A stretch of 64,000 bases of DNA, taken from the NCBI RefSeq assembly GCF_009914755.1, contig NC_060925.1. The stretch is one strand, 5' to 3'. How positions within the stretch are numbered: the stretch's first letter is position 1; each line of letters opens with the position of its first letter. A program made the position numbers and the translations under genes. A model generated the notes under the pieces. That model saw only the letters and a program-made list of their open reading frames with translations. It did not search any database and was not told the DNA's origin. The stretch comes from the human T2T-CHM13v2.0 reference genome, Homo sapiens. Positions 1 through 21,170 of this stretch are shown here, in pieces.

Positions 1-35
1 GCTGGGATTATAGGCACGAGCCACCGCGCCTGGCC
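1..35 (-). mobile_element. Alu 5' end (cut by window edge)
   Basis: gctgggattataggcacgagccaccgcgcctggcc. Confidence 0.9.
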
Positions 36-1488
<1,453 letters not shown>

Positions 1489-2006
1489 TAGTCTTCTCAT
1501 CTTGCTTGTACAGAGCTTCAAGTTTGGCTAGATGTGAAAGCTTAAAGCCTTCTCAAGTCTTTCCTGAGCATCTGCGTAGCTCTGGTCATGTGCATGGTCT
1601 TCTAGATTCTCAAGAATATATTGGAACTTTTCAAGGCCCTTATTCTTCCAAAGCTTCTCATTCTCCAGCCTTTTCTCTCAAGCTTCTTGGGCAGTCGATT
1701 GTTTGCTCAGCTGTTATCCATTACTTCAGGGAGCAAAGACAAACACATTTACCTATAAATATTTGTGGAAAAATGTCCCCTGGTTAATGGCTTTAGCGTT
1801 GGGACAAGGTGAAGATAAGCCTTTTGAGTTGGTCTTCTGAAAGCCACCAGACAAATAAGACCAGATATTTATTTATTTATAGTAATAATTACTATTCTAT
1901 AAAAATGAGGTCTCTTCTCCCTCAGAACTAGTTGTAGGAATGTTGGCTGTTATTTTCAAGGATATCCCTGAGTTGAGGAGCAGGGGATGGGCCTAGGGTT
2001 AGTTAA

Positions 2007-2355
<349 letters not shown>

Positions 2356-2918
2356 GAGATTCAGCCTATTTTCTTAAATAAGTGTTCCTGGGTTGCTGTA
2401 AGCTTTTGGTTAGTTTCCAGAGTTCTGAAAGAGTTAATACTGAGAGTTTTTGTTAGTTTTTTCATAGTTTATGTGGAGCAGTGAACTTTTGGAGTTCCCC
2501 CTAACAAAGAATCAGTTTTTGGTTTCATTGGTTTTTCTTTATTGCTTTTCTCTTTTTCTATTTCATTGTTTTTCTCTTTTTAAAAAAATTTCATTGAGTT
2601 ATTACTCTTTTCTTTATGTTTTATTCCTTATTCTTGCTCTAGGGTTCAATATTTTTTTTTCTAGCTTCTTAAAGTAGAAGCTTAGTTCATGACCCTTCTT
2701 CTTGTCTACTATAAGCCATCAAGGTTATACATTTCCCTCTAAGCACTGCATTAGCTGTGTCCCACACATTATGATATGCTTCCATTTTCATTCAATTCCA
2801 AATATGTTTAAAAGTTTTTGTCACTTATTTTTGATCCAGGCATCTTTAAGAATTGTATTTACTTTCCAAATATTCATGAATTTTATGGGTAACTTTCTAT
2901 TATTAACTTCTAGTTTAA

Positions 2919-3275
<357 letters not shown>

Positions 3276-3408
3276 TGTTAACATTTATTTTATAGCCCAG
3301 GATATGGCCTGACTTGTTGAATGTTTTCTGTACACTTGAAACAAACATTTTCTGCTACTATTGAGTGGCGTGTTCTATAAATGTCTATCAGGTAGAGTTG
3401 GTTGATAG

Positions 3409-3785
<377 letters not shown>

Positions 3786-4049
3786 GAGTGTTGAAATTTT
3801 AACTATAATTGTGGATTTGTCTATTTCTTCTTTTAGTTCTAATCGTTTTTGCTTTTTACATTTTTAGTTTTGTTATTAGGTATATACACATTTAGAATTG
3901 CTCTGTCTTCTTTATGAATTGAATTCTTTAAGTTTTGTCCTTCTTTATTCCTGATCATATTTCTTTGTCTTAAGTATTTCTAGTAGTGTTTTCGTGGCAC
4001 ATGTTTTTCCACTTTTTAAATTTTTAATCAATAATATCTGGTAAATCAA

Positions 4050-5300
<1,251 letters not shown>

Positions 5301-6312
5301 ATAGACTTAGATATATGTAGGTTGAAAAGAAGGAGCCAGTGGTGAGAAAGAGATTAAACATACAGAAAGGAGATTTGGAATGTCATTGAAACAGTGTCTT
5401 AAGGTTTGCCAAAGAGGATGGGATTCAGATCACATGTGGAGTCATTAGCTGTAAAAATGAGCAAGTGATATGTGTACGTTTCAGACTGGCATGGAAATGT
5501 GAGAAGACAAAGGAATTGGTACTAAGGGCCATAGCTGCTTCTTCCTCTTCTTTTTTCCCTGTAAAGAAGAGTGGTGGTGCGGAGAGTAGGGAGGCAAAAG
5601 GAAGAGGAACAGAGTCTTTAGGATAATGGCAAAGACTTGGCATGAATATTTTGTGGAATGAAAAGGAACCTTGATCACAAAAAGATAAAGGAACTGCCAA
5701 GCGTTGATAACAACCTCAGCTGAAATTGGAAACTGTAGTGAGTGACTCGGAGAGGTCGAGTGACATATTTCTTTCTTCTAGCCAGAGGCGGACTCCAGAT
5801 TTTCGAACCTGTGGGGATTTTTAAAAGATTGATATTGGCTTGGGAGCTTTTTTGGGTTGGGGGCTTGCTGTGCAGATGTGTTACAGAAAGGCGCTCAATG
5901 GAAGGAAATTCGTCTTAGAAAGAAGTAAGGGATATGTCTCAGAGAATGAGATGTTGCTGTGGGTATTTAAAATGATAGGCTGTGAATAGGTAAGGAAAGA
6001 AGGTGCTAGGCTATGGTATCTCTCCATCCCTTCAACACTCCACTTAAGTTTGTACCACGGCGGGGCGGAGGCAGGGAGGACCACGCTCTCCCGGTGTGGC
6101 GTGGCTATACCAACTCTCATAAAATCTCATAAAAGGTGACGGAGCTAGCGTACAAGAGGTCGTCTTTAGTGGAGAGGCCTGAGGTCTCCGCAGTGACGGG
6201 GGTGGCAGCGCGACCCCTTAGTCTTCAACTACAGGCCAGTCCCAGGTGCCCCAAAGGGGCTAGAATCTAAGGAGGAGTCTCCCCTCCCCCTAGAAGCGGG
6301 AGATAGCCTGGC

Positions 6313-6339
6313 CCGGAAGCTTCTCTGCTGACCCGGAAG
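6313..6339 (+). promoter_or_regulatory. Tandem ETS/GABP-type sites (CCGGAAG x2)
   Basis: CCGGAAG at 6313-6319 and 6333-6339, 20 bp apart, at the inferred TSS. Confidence 0.65.
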
Positions 6340-6450
6340 CAGAGCTGTGCAGCTGAGGCGCCGCCGTGGAGCCGCCTTGGAGCCACCGCCCCCTCGCCGC
6401 TTCGCCGCTGCGTTGGGGAACCTGGACCGCGGCGGCGCCGGGTTTCCCTC

Positions 6451-6585
6451 ATGATCCCGGGCGGGTGGCGGCGGCGGCAGAGGCGGCGGGAGGATGACCT
6501 CTTACCGGGAGCGGAGTGCCGACCTGGCCCGTTTCTACACTGTCACCGAGCCCCAGCGACACCCGAGGGGCTACACAGTATATAA
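6451..6585 (+). other. Upstream overlapping ORF, 44 aa (MIPGGWRRRQRRREDDLLPGAECRPGPFLHCHRAPATPEGLHSI)
   Basis: ATG at 6451, 43 nt upstream of and out of frame with the main ATG; TAA at 6583-6585; translation not shown. Confidence 0.5.
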
Positions 6586-6598
6586 GGTCACCGCCCGG
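6494..6598 (+). CDS. RPS6KC1: RPS6KC1 coding exon 1 (MTSYRERSADLARFYTVTEPQRHPRGYTVYKVTAR), start of PX domain
   Basis: ATG at 6494 in aggATGa context inside a CpG island; 35 open codons; donor CGG|gtgagt at 6599; peptide recognised as the N-terminus of ribosomal protein S6 kinase delta-1. Confidence 0.96.
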
Positions 6599-7590
6599 GT
6601 GAGTGCCGGTGTCGGGCTGGGGTAGAGCTTGGATTGGGACCTGAGGATCTGGGGTGGGGACCCTGATGTGAGGGTACCTGACTCTGGCTCAGAGCCGAGG
6701 GTGGGACTGGGTGCTGCTCCTACTGGCGGGACTTGGGTGTCGGAGGTTGGGATTTTTAGAGTAGTGGCTGAGTGTGATATGCCCAGGGCTTCACTGTAGT
6801 AGGTCGTGGTAGAGTCCTCTTTCTGGGGGTGGGGCAGTCAGTGGTTGATGGTTTTAAATTGATGACTCAGTTCCCATCCCGTTTGGACTTTCTCTTCTGA
6901 GTTCGCAATTTGCAGAAGTGGTTTTGCTTGCTCCAGGAAGATAATGCAGATTAAAAAGTGTTAATTTATGTATTGTTTGGCTTATGTAATATAAGTTGTT
7001 TTTTCTCTTGACCTTTATCAGGTTTGCTGTGAGAAAGACAGATTCTTGGGACAGATGTCAGTGTTAGGCCACCAACCTAGGAACTGTGGATCCGGGCTTT
7101 GTCAAACCTTTGAGTTTTTCATGTTTTTCAGTAGGAGACGTGAAAAAAATCTGCTGAGGGTGGCTTGTGTGAGCTACCATGAGGGCACATTTTAAAGTTG
7201 GGAGGCTCCTTTACATCAACTAACTGGTCCAATTTTTAGTACCCACTTTATGTTTCATTGCTTTTGCCTTGAGTTTTAAAGAGAGTCTGCATCTTCTAGG
7301 AAAGTAAGAATAAATCAAAATTAAATAAGTATATATGTATGTGACGTATGTGTGCATGAATATATGTGTATAGTAGGCATTTTATGCACATCACCCAATT
7401 TAATTCTCATTTTAATGAGGAAGAAATAGATTAAAGCAAGTTTAGTAACTTGCCCAACTTTACATTGCAAGGCAGTAGCAGATCTGTCTGGGATCTGAAA
7501 CCAGTTTTGCCTAACTCCAAGTTATATAAAATGTTAATAATTAACTTTATCAATTTTTAAAGAAGAGAGGTACAGATTAAGTAACAGTAG

Positions 7591-7930
<340 letters not shown>

Positions 7931-8924
7931 TGAGAAGAATCTTAAAGGTTAAATAGATCAGTTTGGGGCATGGGAGTGGCACGTGATGTATGGAAATGGT
8001 GCACAATTCAGATAAATGTGAGAAGGAGGGATAGATGAACATGTCTGTATAAAGATAATGAGAAGACCTGACCTGCTATTGCCGATTGCTGTTCGGAGAA
8101 TAGAGGGATGTTTGTTGCTCCCTGCTTGCACTTAAGGTTGTTACATGGGTGGAATGTTAGTTTCAGGTTGTGTAAGAAATTTTGTGAGAGTGAGGGGCCC
8201 TTATTATACCACTCTTGAAACCTTTCTAGTCATTGGGCCCTTTGAAAATCTAGGCTTAGTTTCCTAACACATAGTGTATGGAATCAGAACAGTTTTCAAC
8301 ATACGTAATGTTTCTCTCACAGCATCCTACTTATCCGTTAATTTAACAGGAAAGTTATATTGTATTAATTTAGTTGCATGTCTGTGTCTCTTAGTGGATT
8401 TAGAGCAGTTCTCTATCATTGGCATTTGTTTCTGCTTATATCAAATAATAGATAAAAGAACATGCATGTGCATGGCACACAGTGCCTGAAAAACATTGTT
8501 GAATGTTTTCCTCTTCATTGTACGGAGCACACCCAATAAATGTTTAGATCCAGGCACTAAATACTGAGGGACATAAGGCTGAATAAAGCAGGGATCTTTA
8601 TTCCTTTCAAGGATACTCATAGTAGAAGAGAGTTTAGTATACTTAAGTGTGATATAACACAGGAAGTTCCAGCAGACACTACAGAAAAGGGCTGTGGGAA
8701 GACAGATTGCTTCTGGATCAAGAGATTGGGGAATATGTACCAATCAAGATAGTTGAAAGAGGGGAAGAATCCAGAAAAGGAGAGGGTATGAAAAGGTAGA
8801 CAGTTGAAGGGGTAGAGTCCATAAAGACCTGGAGGTATGAATGTGTGTGGAACTGGAATTGGAAGCACTGAGTATAATTATTTGTATTGTTACTTTACAA
8901 AAGGAAAGGTTAACCAAATTCAGA

Positions 8925-9223
8925 ATTTTTTTTTTTTTTTTCCAAGGCGTAGTCTCGCTCTCTTGCCCAGGCTGGAGTGCAGTGGCGCTATCTCAGCTTA
9001 CAGTAACCTCGCCTCCTGGGTTCAAGTGATTCTCCTGTCTCAGCCACTCAAGTAGCTGGGATTACAGGCGCCCTCCACCATACCCGGCTAATTTGTCTAT
9101 TTTTTGTAGAGACGAGGTTTCGCCTTGTTGTCCAGTCTGGTCTCGAACTCCTGACCTCAGGTGATCCACCCACCTCAGCCTCCCAAAGTGCTGGGATTAC
9201 AGGCGTGAGCCACCGCATTGGCC
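8925..9223 (-). mobile_element. AluS
   Basis: Full dimer; TSD aaattcaga. Confidence 0.92.
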
Positions 9224-10149
9224 AAATTCAGATCTTAAATATCTGAAGCTGTGACCTATTTACTGAGCTAAGTTTTGACAATATAAACTAGAAGATAAAG
9301 TAGCACATTGCCTTAGAACTAACCACATTTATATATATGCATGTTACATATTGCTCTGGTTATTTGAACTTGAAAATTGCACAGACTGCCTTTTTTCTTC
9401 CCGTAAATATTTATGTCTTCATTTATTGCTTATGTTACAGATTTTGTTTTTAAAATGTAAGGTCTGAGAGTCAACGTGGAGACATACTTTTAAAATAACT
9501 GTGCTTAGTATTATAAAATATTTCTTGAGAGTTAAGGAGAAAAACACCTTTTTTCAGGATAATTAACCAGGTAAATAGTGCTCTCCTGAGAGAACTTCAT
9601 GAGATAAAAATTAAGAATGTCTTCTGTATATTTTCTACTACTGATTTACTTCTAGCTTCAAGGAACAATTTTCTATATTTTTGATCCTTGCAGGGTTATT
9701 TCTGTAGGAGTAGAGTTTTAATCATTGGAAGTACCAATGTTAAATTTTGGATAGCAAAAGAGCTTTTTCATCTTCTTAAATCTCCTTTGTGCTTTTTTGC
9801 AGTTCTCTGAAATCTGGCAAGGTTAGATGATTTTGAGGCCAGTTGCAAGCATACTAACAGATTCTGCAGTTAAACTCAGTGTTATTTCTTAATTTTTATG
9901 TAGAATAAGTACCTCTATTCAGAATTGGAAAATTCTTTCATAAGTTCCCTTTGATTCTTTAGTTGAAGGAGACACAAGTGTAAGAGAACCATCAGCAGTG
10001 TTTTCAGTTATTTCATCATGCTAAGTTTACAAAATTCTCATATTGTAGTATAGATTTCTCAGCAACAGTAGGTGAATGGCAGTTCTTGCCTGTATTCTTT
10101 CCATGAGTATAAAAGGTATGTTTTTATTCTCAAAAGACAGTGCTGTATT

Positions 10150-10980
10150 ATAACTTATTTAATTTACATTGAGTCATAATTTATATACAGTAAAATTCAC
10201 CCATTGTAAGTGTCCAATTTGATGAGTTTTGACAAATGTATACAGTTGTGTAACTACCCATGTTCATCACTGCACAAGTTCCCTCATGTTCCTTTGCAGT
10301 CAGTCACTCCCCCTCATTCCCTATCTCTAGGCAACCACTGGTTTGCTTTCTGTCACTATAGATTGGGTTGTATTTTCTAGAATTTTGTATACAAGGAATC
10401 ATATAGTATGCACTTTTTTTTTTTGGTCTGGCTTCTTCCACTCAGTATGATTATTTGAGATTTATCCATGTTGTCATGTGTTTCATTCCCTTTTATTGCT
10501 GACTCATATTCCATTGTATGGTTATACTGCATTTTATCTGTATATACTGCATTTTATCTGATGGATATTTGGGTTGTTTCCAGTTTTTGGACATTATGAA
10601 TACAGCTATTATGAACATTCATATACAAGTCTTTGTATGGACATATGGTTTTATTTCTCATGATACCACATGGCTTTGTTTATGTAGCTTTATACTAAGT
10701 TTTGAAATCAGGTAGTCTAAGTACTCTTTCTTTCTCAAAATTGTTCTGGCTATTCTAGATTGTTTGCATTTGTGTATAAAATTTAGAATCAGCTTGTCTG
10801 GTTTCTACAAAAATGCCTGTCCAGATTTTGATTGGGATTATATTGAGAATGTAGATGAATTTCAGAAGAATTGATATCTTAATAATATTGTCTCTGATCC
10901 ATGAACATAATATATCTCCTCATTTATTTAGCTCTTCAGTATGAGCAGTGCTTTGTAATTCTCAGGATACAGTCTTGCAC
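10150..10980 (-). mobile_element. Old L1 (L1M) fragments
   Basis: ggcaaccactg...ctttctgtcactatagatt and gatggatatttgggttgtttccag motifs. Confidence 0.7.
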
Positions 10981-10984
10981 ATGT

Positions 10985-11155
10985 TTATTTTTATTTATTG
11001 ATCTTTTTCAGAGATGGGGGTTTCACTGCATCACCCAGGCTCGAGTGCAGTGACGCAATCATAGCTTACTGCAGGTTGAACTCTTGGGTTCAAGTGTTAC
11101 TCCCTCCTCAGCCTATTGCCTGGGATTGTGGGCACAAGCTACCTCATTGGCTTTG
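10985..11155 (-). mobile_element. Degenerate Alu monomer (AluJ/FRAM)
   Basis: cacccaggctcgagtgcagtgacgcaatcatagc. Confidence 0.75.
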
Positions 11156-11239
11156 CACCTATTTAAAGTAGTTTGGGTTTATTTTGAAACCAGGAGAATG
11201 TATAAATCCTAGTTTTATTATACGTAGCTAGTGTTTGTT

Positions 11240-11490
11240 GAGTAATAACAGCAAACACTTACATGGTGCTTACTGAGTCAAGCAGTTTATATTAAATTAA
11301 CACATTTGTCACAGGGGCCCGGTGAGTAGGTACCATTATCATTTCCACATTTTCAATGAGGAAATTGAGGCACAGAGACGTTTAGTAACTTGTCCAGGGT
11401 CATATAGCCAGCAAGTGGTAGAGTCTACATTTGAACCCAGGTAGACTGGTCCCAATCACAGTGCTTTTAATCCCAATGCTATGCTGCTGA
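11240..11490 (-). mobile_element. MIR
   Basis: Core atgaggaaattgaggcacagaga...taacttgtccagggtca...tttgaacccagg. Confidence 0.75.
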
Positions 11491-12044
11491 ATACCTGTAT
11501 TATAAAACATTTTTCATTAGGTGCTGTGAGTGTGCATATGGGGACACCTATGTGTCCCCACAAGGGCATTACTATAGTTTGGCAAAAGTGATGGATACGT
11601 GAATAATAAGTAACTGTGATGATGTGAACAAAGGGGAGTGAGGGAATTAATGGGAAGTACTGAGCTTCACTTAAGTCTGAAAAATTACCATTTCCAAAGC
11701 TTCAAATCGAAGCACTATTTATATTGCTTGGAGGGAACCTGTCCTCATTTCCTGACCATATTCTTAAGCAGCCTGCTTGTGCCTGGGAATGGAATTATTT
11801 GTAGTTTCCAAATTAGGTTAGAACACTACATTCTTCCATATCTCTCTGTTAGATGCTATTTTCTCTGTCTGGAATACTCTTTCCTTTTGTCTTGGCAATC
11901 TCTGCTCATCTCAGGTGTCAGCTATACCCTGTGTTCCGGGAAGCTTTTTTTTTTTTTTTTAGGCGTTGCTCTCTATATGTCTTGTATCTCCTCCGTTATC
12001 ATAATGTACTTGTTTGACACCTCTTCTGATGGCAGACTCTATTC

Positions 12045-12342
<298 letters not shown>

Positions 12343-12439
12343 TAACTGTATATTCTTGGTGCCTAGCACAGAGCTTGGACTATAGTAGGGATTTCAGGGT
12401 AGGCTGGAAGGAGGCAGCGCTTTGCTTTTCAAGTATTGA

Positions 12440-15205
<2,766 letters not shown>

Positions 15206-15957
15206 TGCATGTTTTACTTTTTAGTTTTGTTAGCTTTTAAATTTTGAAGTAATATGTAGTCATACACATTTCAAGCAATAATTTGAGTCACTTTAAAGGA
15301 AAAAAGAAAGAACCTACTAAATTTTAAATCCTTAACCTGTTAGGATTATTAACAAATGTCTGATATTAAGGCAGTGGGAGTTGTTAGATTTCAGTTGTTA
15401 AATCAGTAGCTTCTTGAAGATTTCTTGAATAAATACTTAGTTTTGGCTTAATCTGGAGATATTTTCAACAAACAAAATAATCATAGGGATAGGGAGGGCA
15501 ATTAGTTTGTTGTAAAATATATTTATGCTTAAAATTTTTGAAAAATGGCTCTCAAGGTGTCTTGTGTTTTCTAGAGTCTAGTTTTATTCTACTGTTCCTT
15601 TGTTTTTAACTTGTAATATTGTTTAGTAGAAAACTTTCTAATATACCAAAAATTTCAGTAAATGGAACTTAAAAAATGTAAACCATTCCTGATTTCATCT
15701 TGTTTGTTGACAACTTGTCTCAGATATTAAGATTTTATATTAAACTGCAGACTTTCTTTAACATTAAGGATTTTGATTTTCCTTGAACCTTGATTGGAAA
15801 ATAGTTTAGAATACTGCTATAATTGGTAAAATTTGAGGTGAGAAAAATAACTTTAGCAAACATATACTGAGTATCTAGAGATAACTTGCAGTTTTAGCTT
15901 CTTTACTCTCCCTGAGATTTTGGGATTTTAATAATCTAGAAAGCCACAACTCCTTAC

Positions 15958-16329
15958 TGTCTTTGTCAGTTTGGATTTTTATAACAAGATATTATAGACT
16001 AGATGGCTTCAACAATAGACATTTCTTTCCCACAGTTCTGAAGGCTGCAGGCTGGGAAGTCCAAGACCAAGAGGCCAGCAGATTTAATACCTGATGAGGG
16101 CCCGCTTCCTGATTTGCATACAGCTGCCTTCTTGCTGTATGGTCTCATGGCTGAGAGAGATCATTGTCTTTTTCTTGTAAGCGCAGTAATCCCATCATGA
16201 AGTTCCCACCCTCATGACCTGATTACCTCTGGAAGGCCTCACATCCACATCCATCACATTGGGGATGAGAGTTTCAACATGAAATTCAATATGAATTTTA
16301 GGAGAAACACAAACATTCAGTCTGTAGTA
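15958..16329 (-). mobile_element. MLT1A-type MaLR LTR
   Basis: cacagttctg..ggctgggaagtccaaga...taatcccatcatga...acaaacattcagtc. Confidence 0.75.
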
Positions 16330-17205
16330 CTTTTGACATAATGCTTTCGTGAAAACTTGTTAGAAAGTTGAATGTCTAAAATTTGTCCCATTGACTTATC
16401 TATCTTATATGGGAGTTCTTTCACTCCAGAGAACTAAAAATTATAAAATGTCTAATTATGGTTTGTGCAGGTGTTGCCTCTTGGGTCCAGACTGCCTGGC
16501 TGGTGGGTGATAACCAGCCCAAATATTCTTGCCAACCAGTGCCACCTGTGGCTCTGCAGGGAAGAGCGGGAGAGAAGAACTCAGGTGCAGGTGGTCATGA
16601 AAGGGAGGTTGAGTTGGTAAGGTAACAATTGCCTATGTGAGCTGGGTGCTTTGACCTACTTTTCCTGCAAGACTTGGGTGTTTTTTTTTTTTTGTATGTA
16701 TGAAGTCCAGTTTAAATATGTCAGTATGTTAACATGAAAGTATGGATTTTAAATATCTGAAAATCAGGAATGCATGCATTATATTGATGAATGTGCCACT
16801 TGGTATACCTAATCACCACAAGGAGAAATGTTCAGAATAGTGTAGCCTTCCATTTCTGCATATTATTCCTGTCCCACATTCAGAGATTCATATCTTTGAA
16901 AAATGAAAAGAGTGGACATGTTTTCCATGTTTGATTATTTGTACCTTGACACTTAGTGTAATTACTAGTATTAATTTTGTCACTTTTTCTTCTTAGCTCT
17001 GCTACCCTTAACTAGCAGCTGAACAGTGATAGTGAAGTAGCCCTCAGAAGACTTGATTACAATACTTTGCTTATAAAAGTAGCTTCTTAAATTTTATGTT
17101 TAACTTCTTATCAATACTAGTTTCTAAAGGGGCTTATTTTATCTTTTTTTTTAACCTAGGAAATACTATAAGTTTGAATAATTTTTGTAGTTTTGTTTTC
17201 TAGTA

Positions 17206-17537
17206 CAGGTTAGCATCCCTATTCTGAAAGTTTGAAATCCAAAATGCTCCAAAATCTAAAACTTTTTGAGTGTCAAATGATGCTACAGGTATAAAATTTC
17301 ACACTTGACCTCATGTGATAGGTTGCAGTCATGCACACAATTATTAAAAATACTGTATAAAATTACTTTCAGGCTCTGTATATAAAGGTATATATGAAAC
17401 AAATGAATTTTGTGTTTAGTCTTGGGTCATGTCCCCAATATATTTCATGTATGTGCAAATATTCCAAAATCCAAAAAAAATACAAAATCTGAAACACTTC
17501 TTGTCTCATGCATTTTGGAAAAAGGATATTCCACCTG
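17206..17537 (+). mobile_element. Tigger4b/MER46-type non-autonomous DNA transposon
   Basis: CAGGT...ACCTG termini; TA TSD at 17204-17205 and 17538-17539. Confidence 0.8.
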
Positions 17538-17628
17538 TAGCTACTCTTTGTTAATCTTAACAAAAAATACAGCTTTTTGTATATGTCTGAGTTAACAGAG
17601 TGATTTCTAATCATCATTATGGTGATAA

Positions 17629-17941
<313 letters not shown>

Positions 17942-18990
17942 AAGAGAGTGCTTTTGACCTGACTTTTAAGGAAACATGGTAATATTTATTAAGAAGTAGA
18001 TAGAATAAGTTAGCATACTGGAAAGGATTTCAGGGACCCAGTGGCAATGTGACCTGTTGATTATTATGGAACTGACCTAGGCCAAGCCTCACAGTCTGAT
18101 CTTTGTTTTCAGAATAGGCAAGGGGGCTGACTTTGGGTCTTTTCTTTGTTTTTACTTTGTTTTAGTACTGAGCTGGCAGAAAAAGCAGTTCATGGGCAGT
18201 GCCAACACCATTATTCAGACCCCATTCTTTTTAGTTCCAAGCCCCTTGTTTATTTTCTGCTTTTCCAAAGTGGTTCTTCAATTTCTGTATTTTAGTTGAC
18301 TTGTAAGACAAAGGGTTTACCTAACTGTAATGCCTATAGGCATTTTGTCAGAGATATTTTGTCAGGAATATTACCTGAATACTTGGAATTTTAATCTTGA
18401 AGAGAGCCAATTGGCTTATGTCCTGGAGAGAGCACTTTGGAGTCATGGAGTTGTGAGATCTGGTCCTGCCTCTGTTATTTGATTGAGTCTATTTTCTAGG
18501 TCTTTGGTTATCTCATCTTACCAAGCATGGTTGTAGTGATTATTGAATGAAGTAGAGTATTTAATTTCTTAGCACAATAAGAGATAGTTACTTTTGCTGT
18601 GAGACATTGTTTTTCTAAATTCATAATTTGCTGTTCATGAACAGAGGCAGATAGACTACAGAAATTGTGGTAGTATTTCTCTAGTGCTTCAGATTTTAGT
18701 AGGTGTTGTACTAAATAAATAATGAGGATGATAATAATAAATAACATAAAAATAAAAAATTGAGTGGCTAGATGTCTTTGGGAAATACTATGTATCTTCC
18801 TTTTGGGGATTTACTAGGCATATTAATGTATTAAAGGGTTTGAAGAATTCTGCTGTAAACAACATTCCTTCTTAAAAAGAGGTAAATTGAATTGATTATT
18901 AAGCCCTTCCTGTGAGATCACTGATTTTAAAGAATACTGGTATTCCATGTAACATGTTTTGTGAAGCACTGCTGTAGGGTAATACTTTTT

Positions 18991-19010
18991 TTTTTGTATT
19001 TTTAGTAGAG
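18991..19010 (-). mobile_element. 20-bp Alu linker micro-insertion with TSD
   Basis: TTTTTGTATTTTTAGTAGAG between TGTA(G/A)GGTAATACTTTTT copies at 18973-18990 and 19011-19028. Confidence 0.7.
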
Positions 19011-19135
19011 TGTAAGGTAATACTTTTTAAGATGAGTTGGTGATAAATTTCTAAAAAGCAAGAAGCATTTCAAGATATATAGGTAGTACTAACTGAATCA
19101 GTGGCAGTTAATGCTTGCAGTGGAAATTTCTGAAC

Positions 19136-20363
<1,228 letters not shown>

Positions 20364-20964
20364 CTTTGTGAACTTTTAATGAAAACAGTCACTGTTTTAA
20401 ATTCCAACTTTTGTGGAATTTATTGGTTGAACTTTGTGACAAACTCTCTTGAAATTTATCCAGAGAAAAATTACTGAGTTGCTAGCTCAGTTTTATTTAT
20501 TGTCAGTATGGTTATATTCTTCCCTCAGATTTCTGATTGATACTCTTATTTTTCATTAACTTTTCAGTCACGGAAGATAATTACACAGAAAGAATTGTTA
20601 CTCATGGATTTTTGCACTCAATTCACATTATCCTAGCCATTTTGTGGTTTTCGTTTCCGTTTTGGGGGACACATTTGTGAAGTATTTAAATGAGATGACA
20701 CATTCGGGAATACTGAATCCCTAATAGTGGGGTACCAAGTGGTTGAAGTTGGTAATGTATTTGGGAAGTGATTGTATTTTTATAATGCAGTTGCGTAGGA
20801 ATCAGACCTAGTATATTCTCCATTGTACTGCAGTACCTGGCAGCAGAGTAGGCACTAATATGTGTTGAATGAGTAGGTGAAATAAACAAAAACCTAATGG
20901 CGATGGAATTTTATGGAAATAAGTAAACTTCATTATTGCTGAAAATACCGCAGATAAATAGAGG

Positions 20965-21170
20965 GAGGCAGTGTAATAGAGTGGAAAGAGCAGTAGACCA
21001 GGAGTCAGACAGTCGAGGATCTCATTCTAAATTTGAAGGTGAATAGCCATGTGGCTTTAGACAGGACTCTGAACCACCTTGTTTTCTTATCTGTAAAAGG
21101 GGAAGTCATAATAGCTACTCCTGCCTAACTCATAGGTTGTTGAGAAAATGAAGTGATTCATTAATATAAA
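20965..21170 (+). mobile_element. MIR
   Basis: gaggcagtgtaatagagtggaaagagca...ggagtcagacag...ttcttatctgtaaaaggg. Confidence 0.7.

Larger units (their letters stand above)
6050..6700 (+). promoter_or_regulatory. RPS6KC1: CpG-island promoter, 5'UTR and exon 1 of RPS6KC1
   Basis: The only CpG-dense non-Alu stretch in the window; GC box GGGGCGGAG at 6062-6070; no TATA box seen; TSS inferred near 6310-6350. Confidence 0.88.

Noticed and set aside
6228-6250. ZNF143/ACTACA-TCCCA composite motif
   Set aside because: Spacer is 6 nt, longer than the usual motif, and the downstream match is weak
6267-6452. Antisense 61-aa ORF in the promoter
   Set aside because: Expected by chance in stop-poor GC-rich DNA; no recognisable homology or transcript evidence in the sequence
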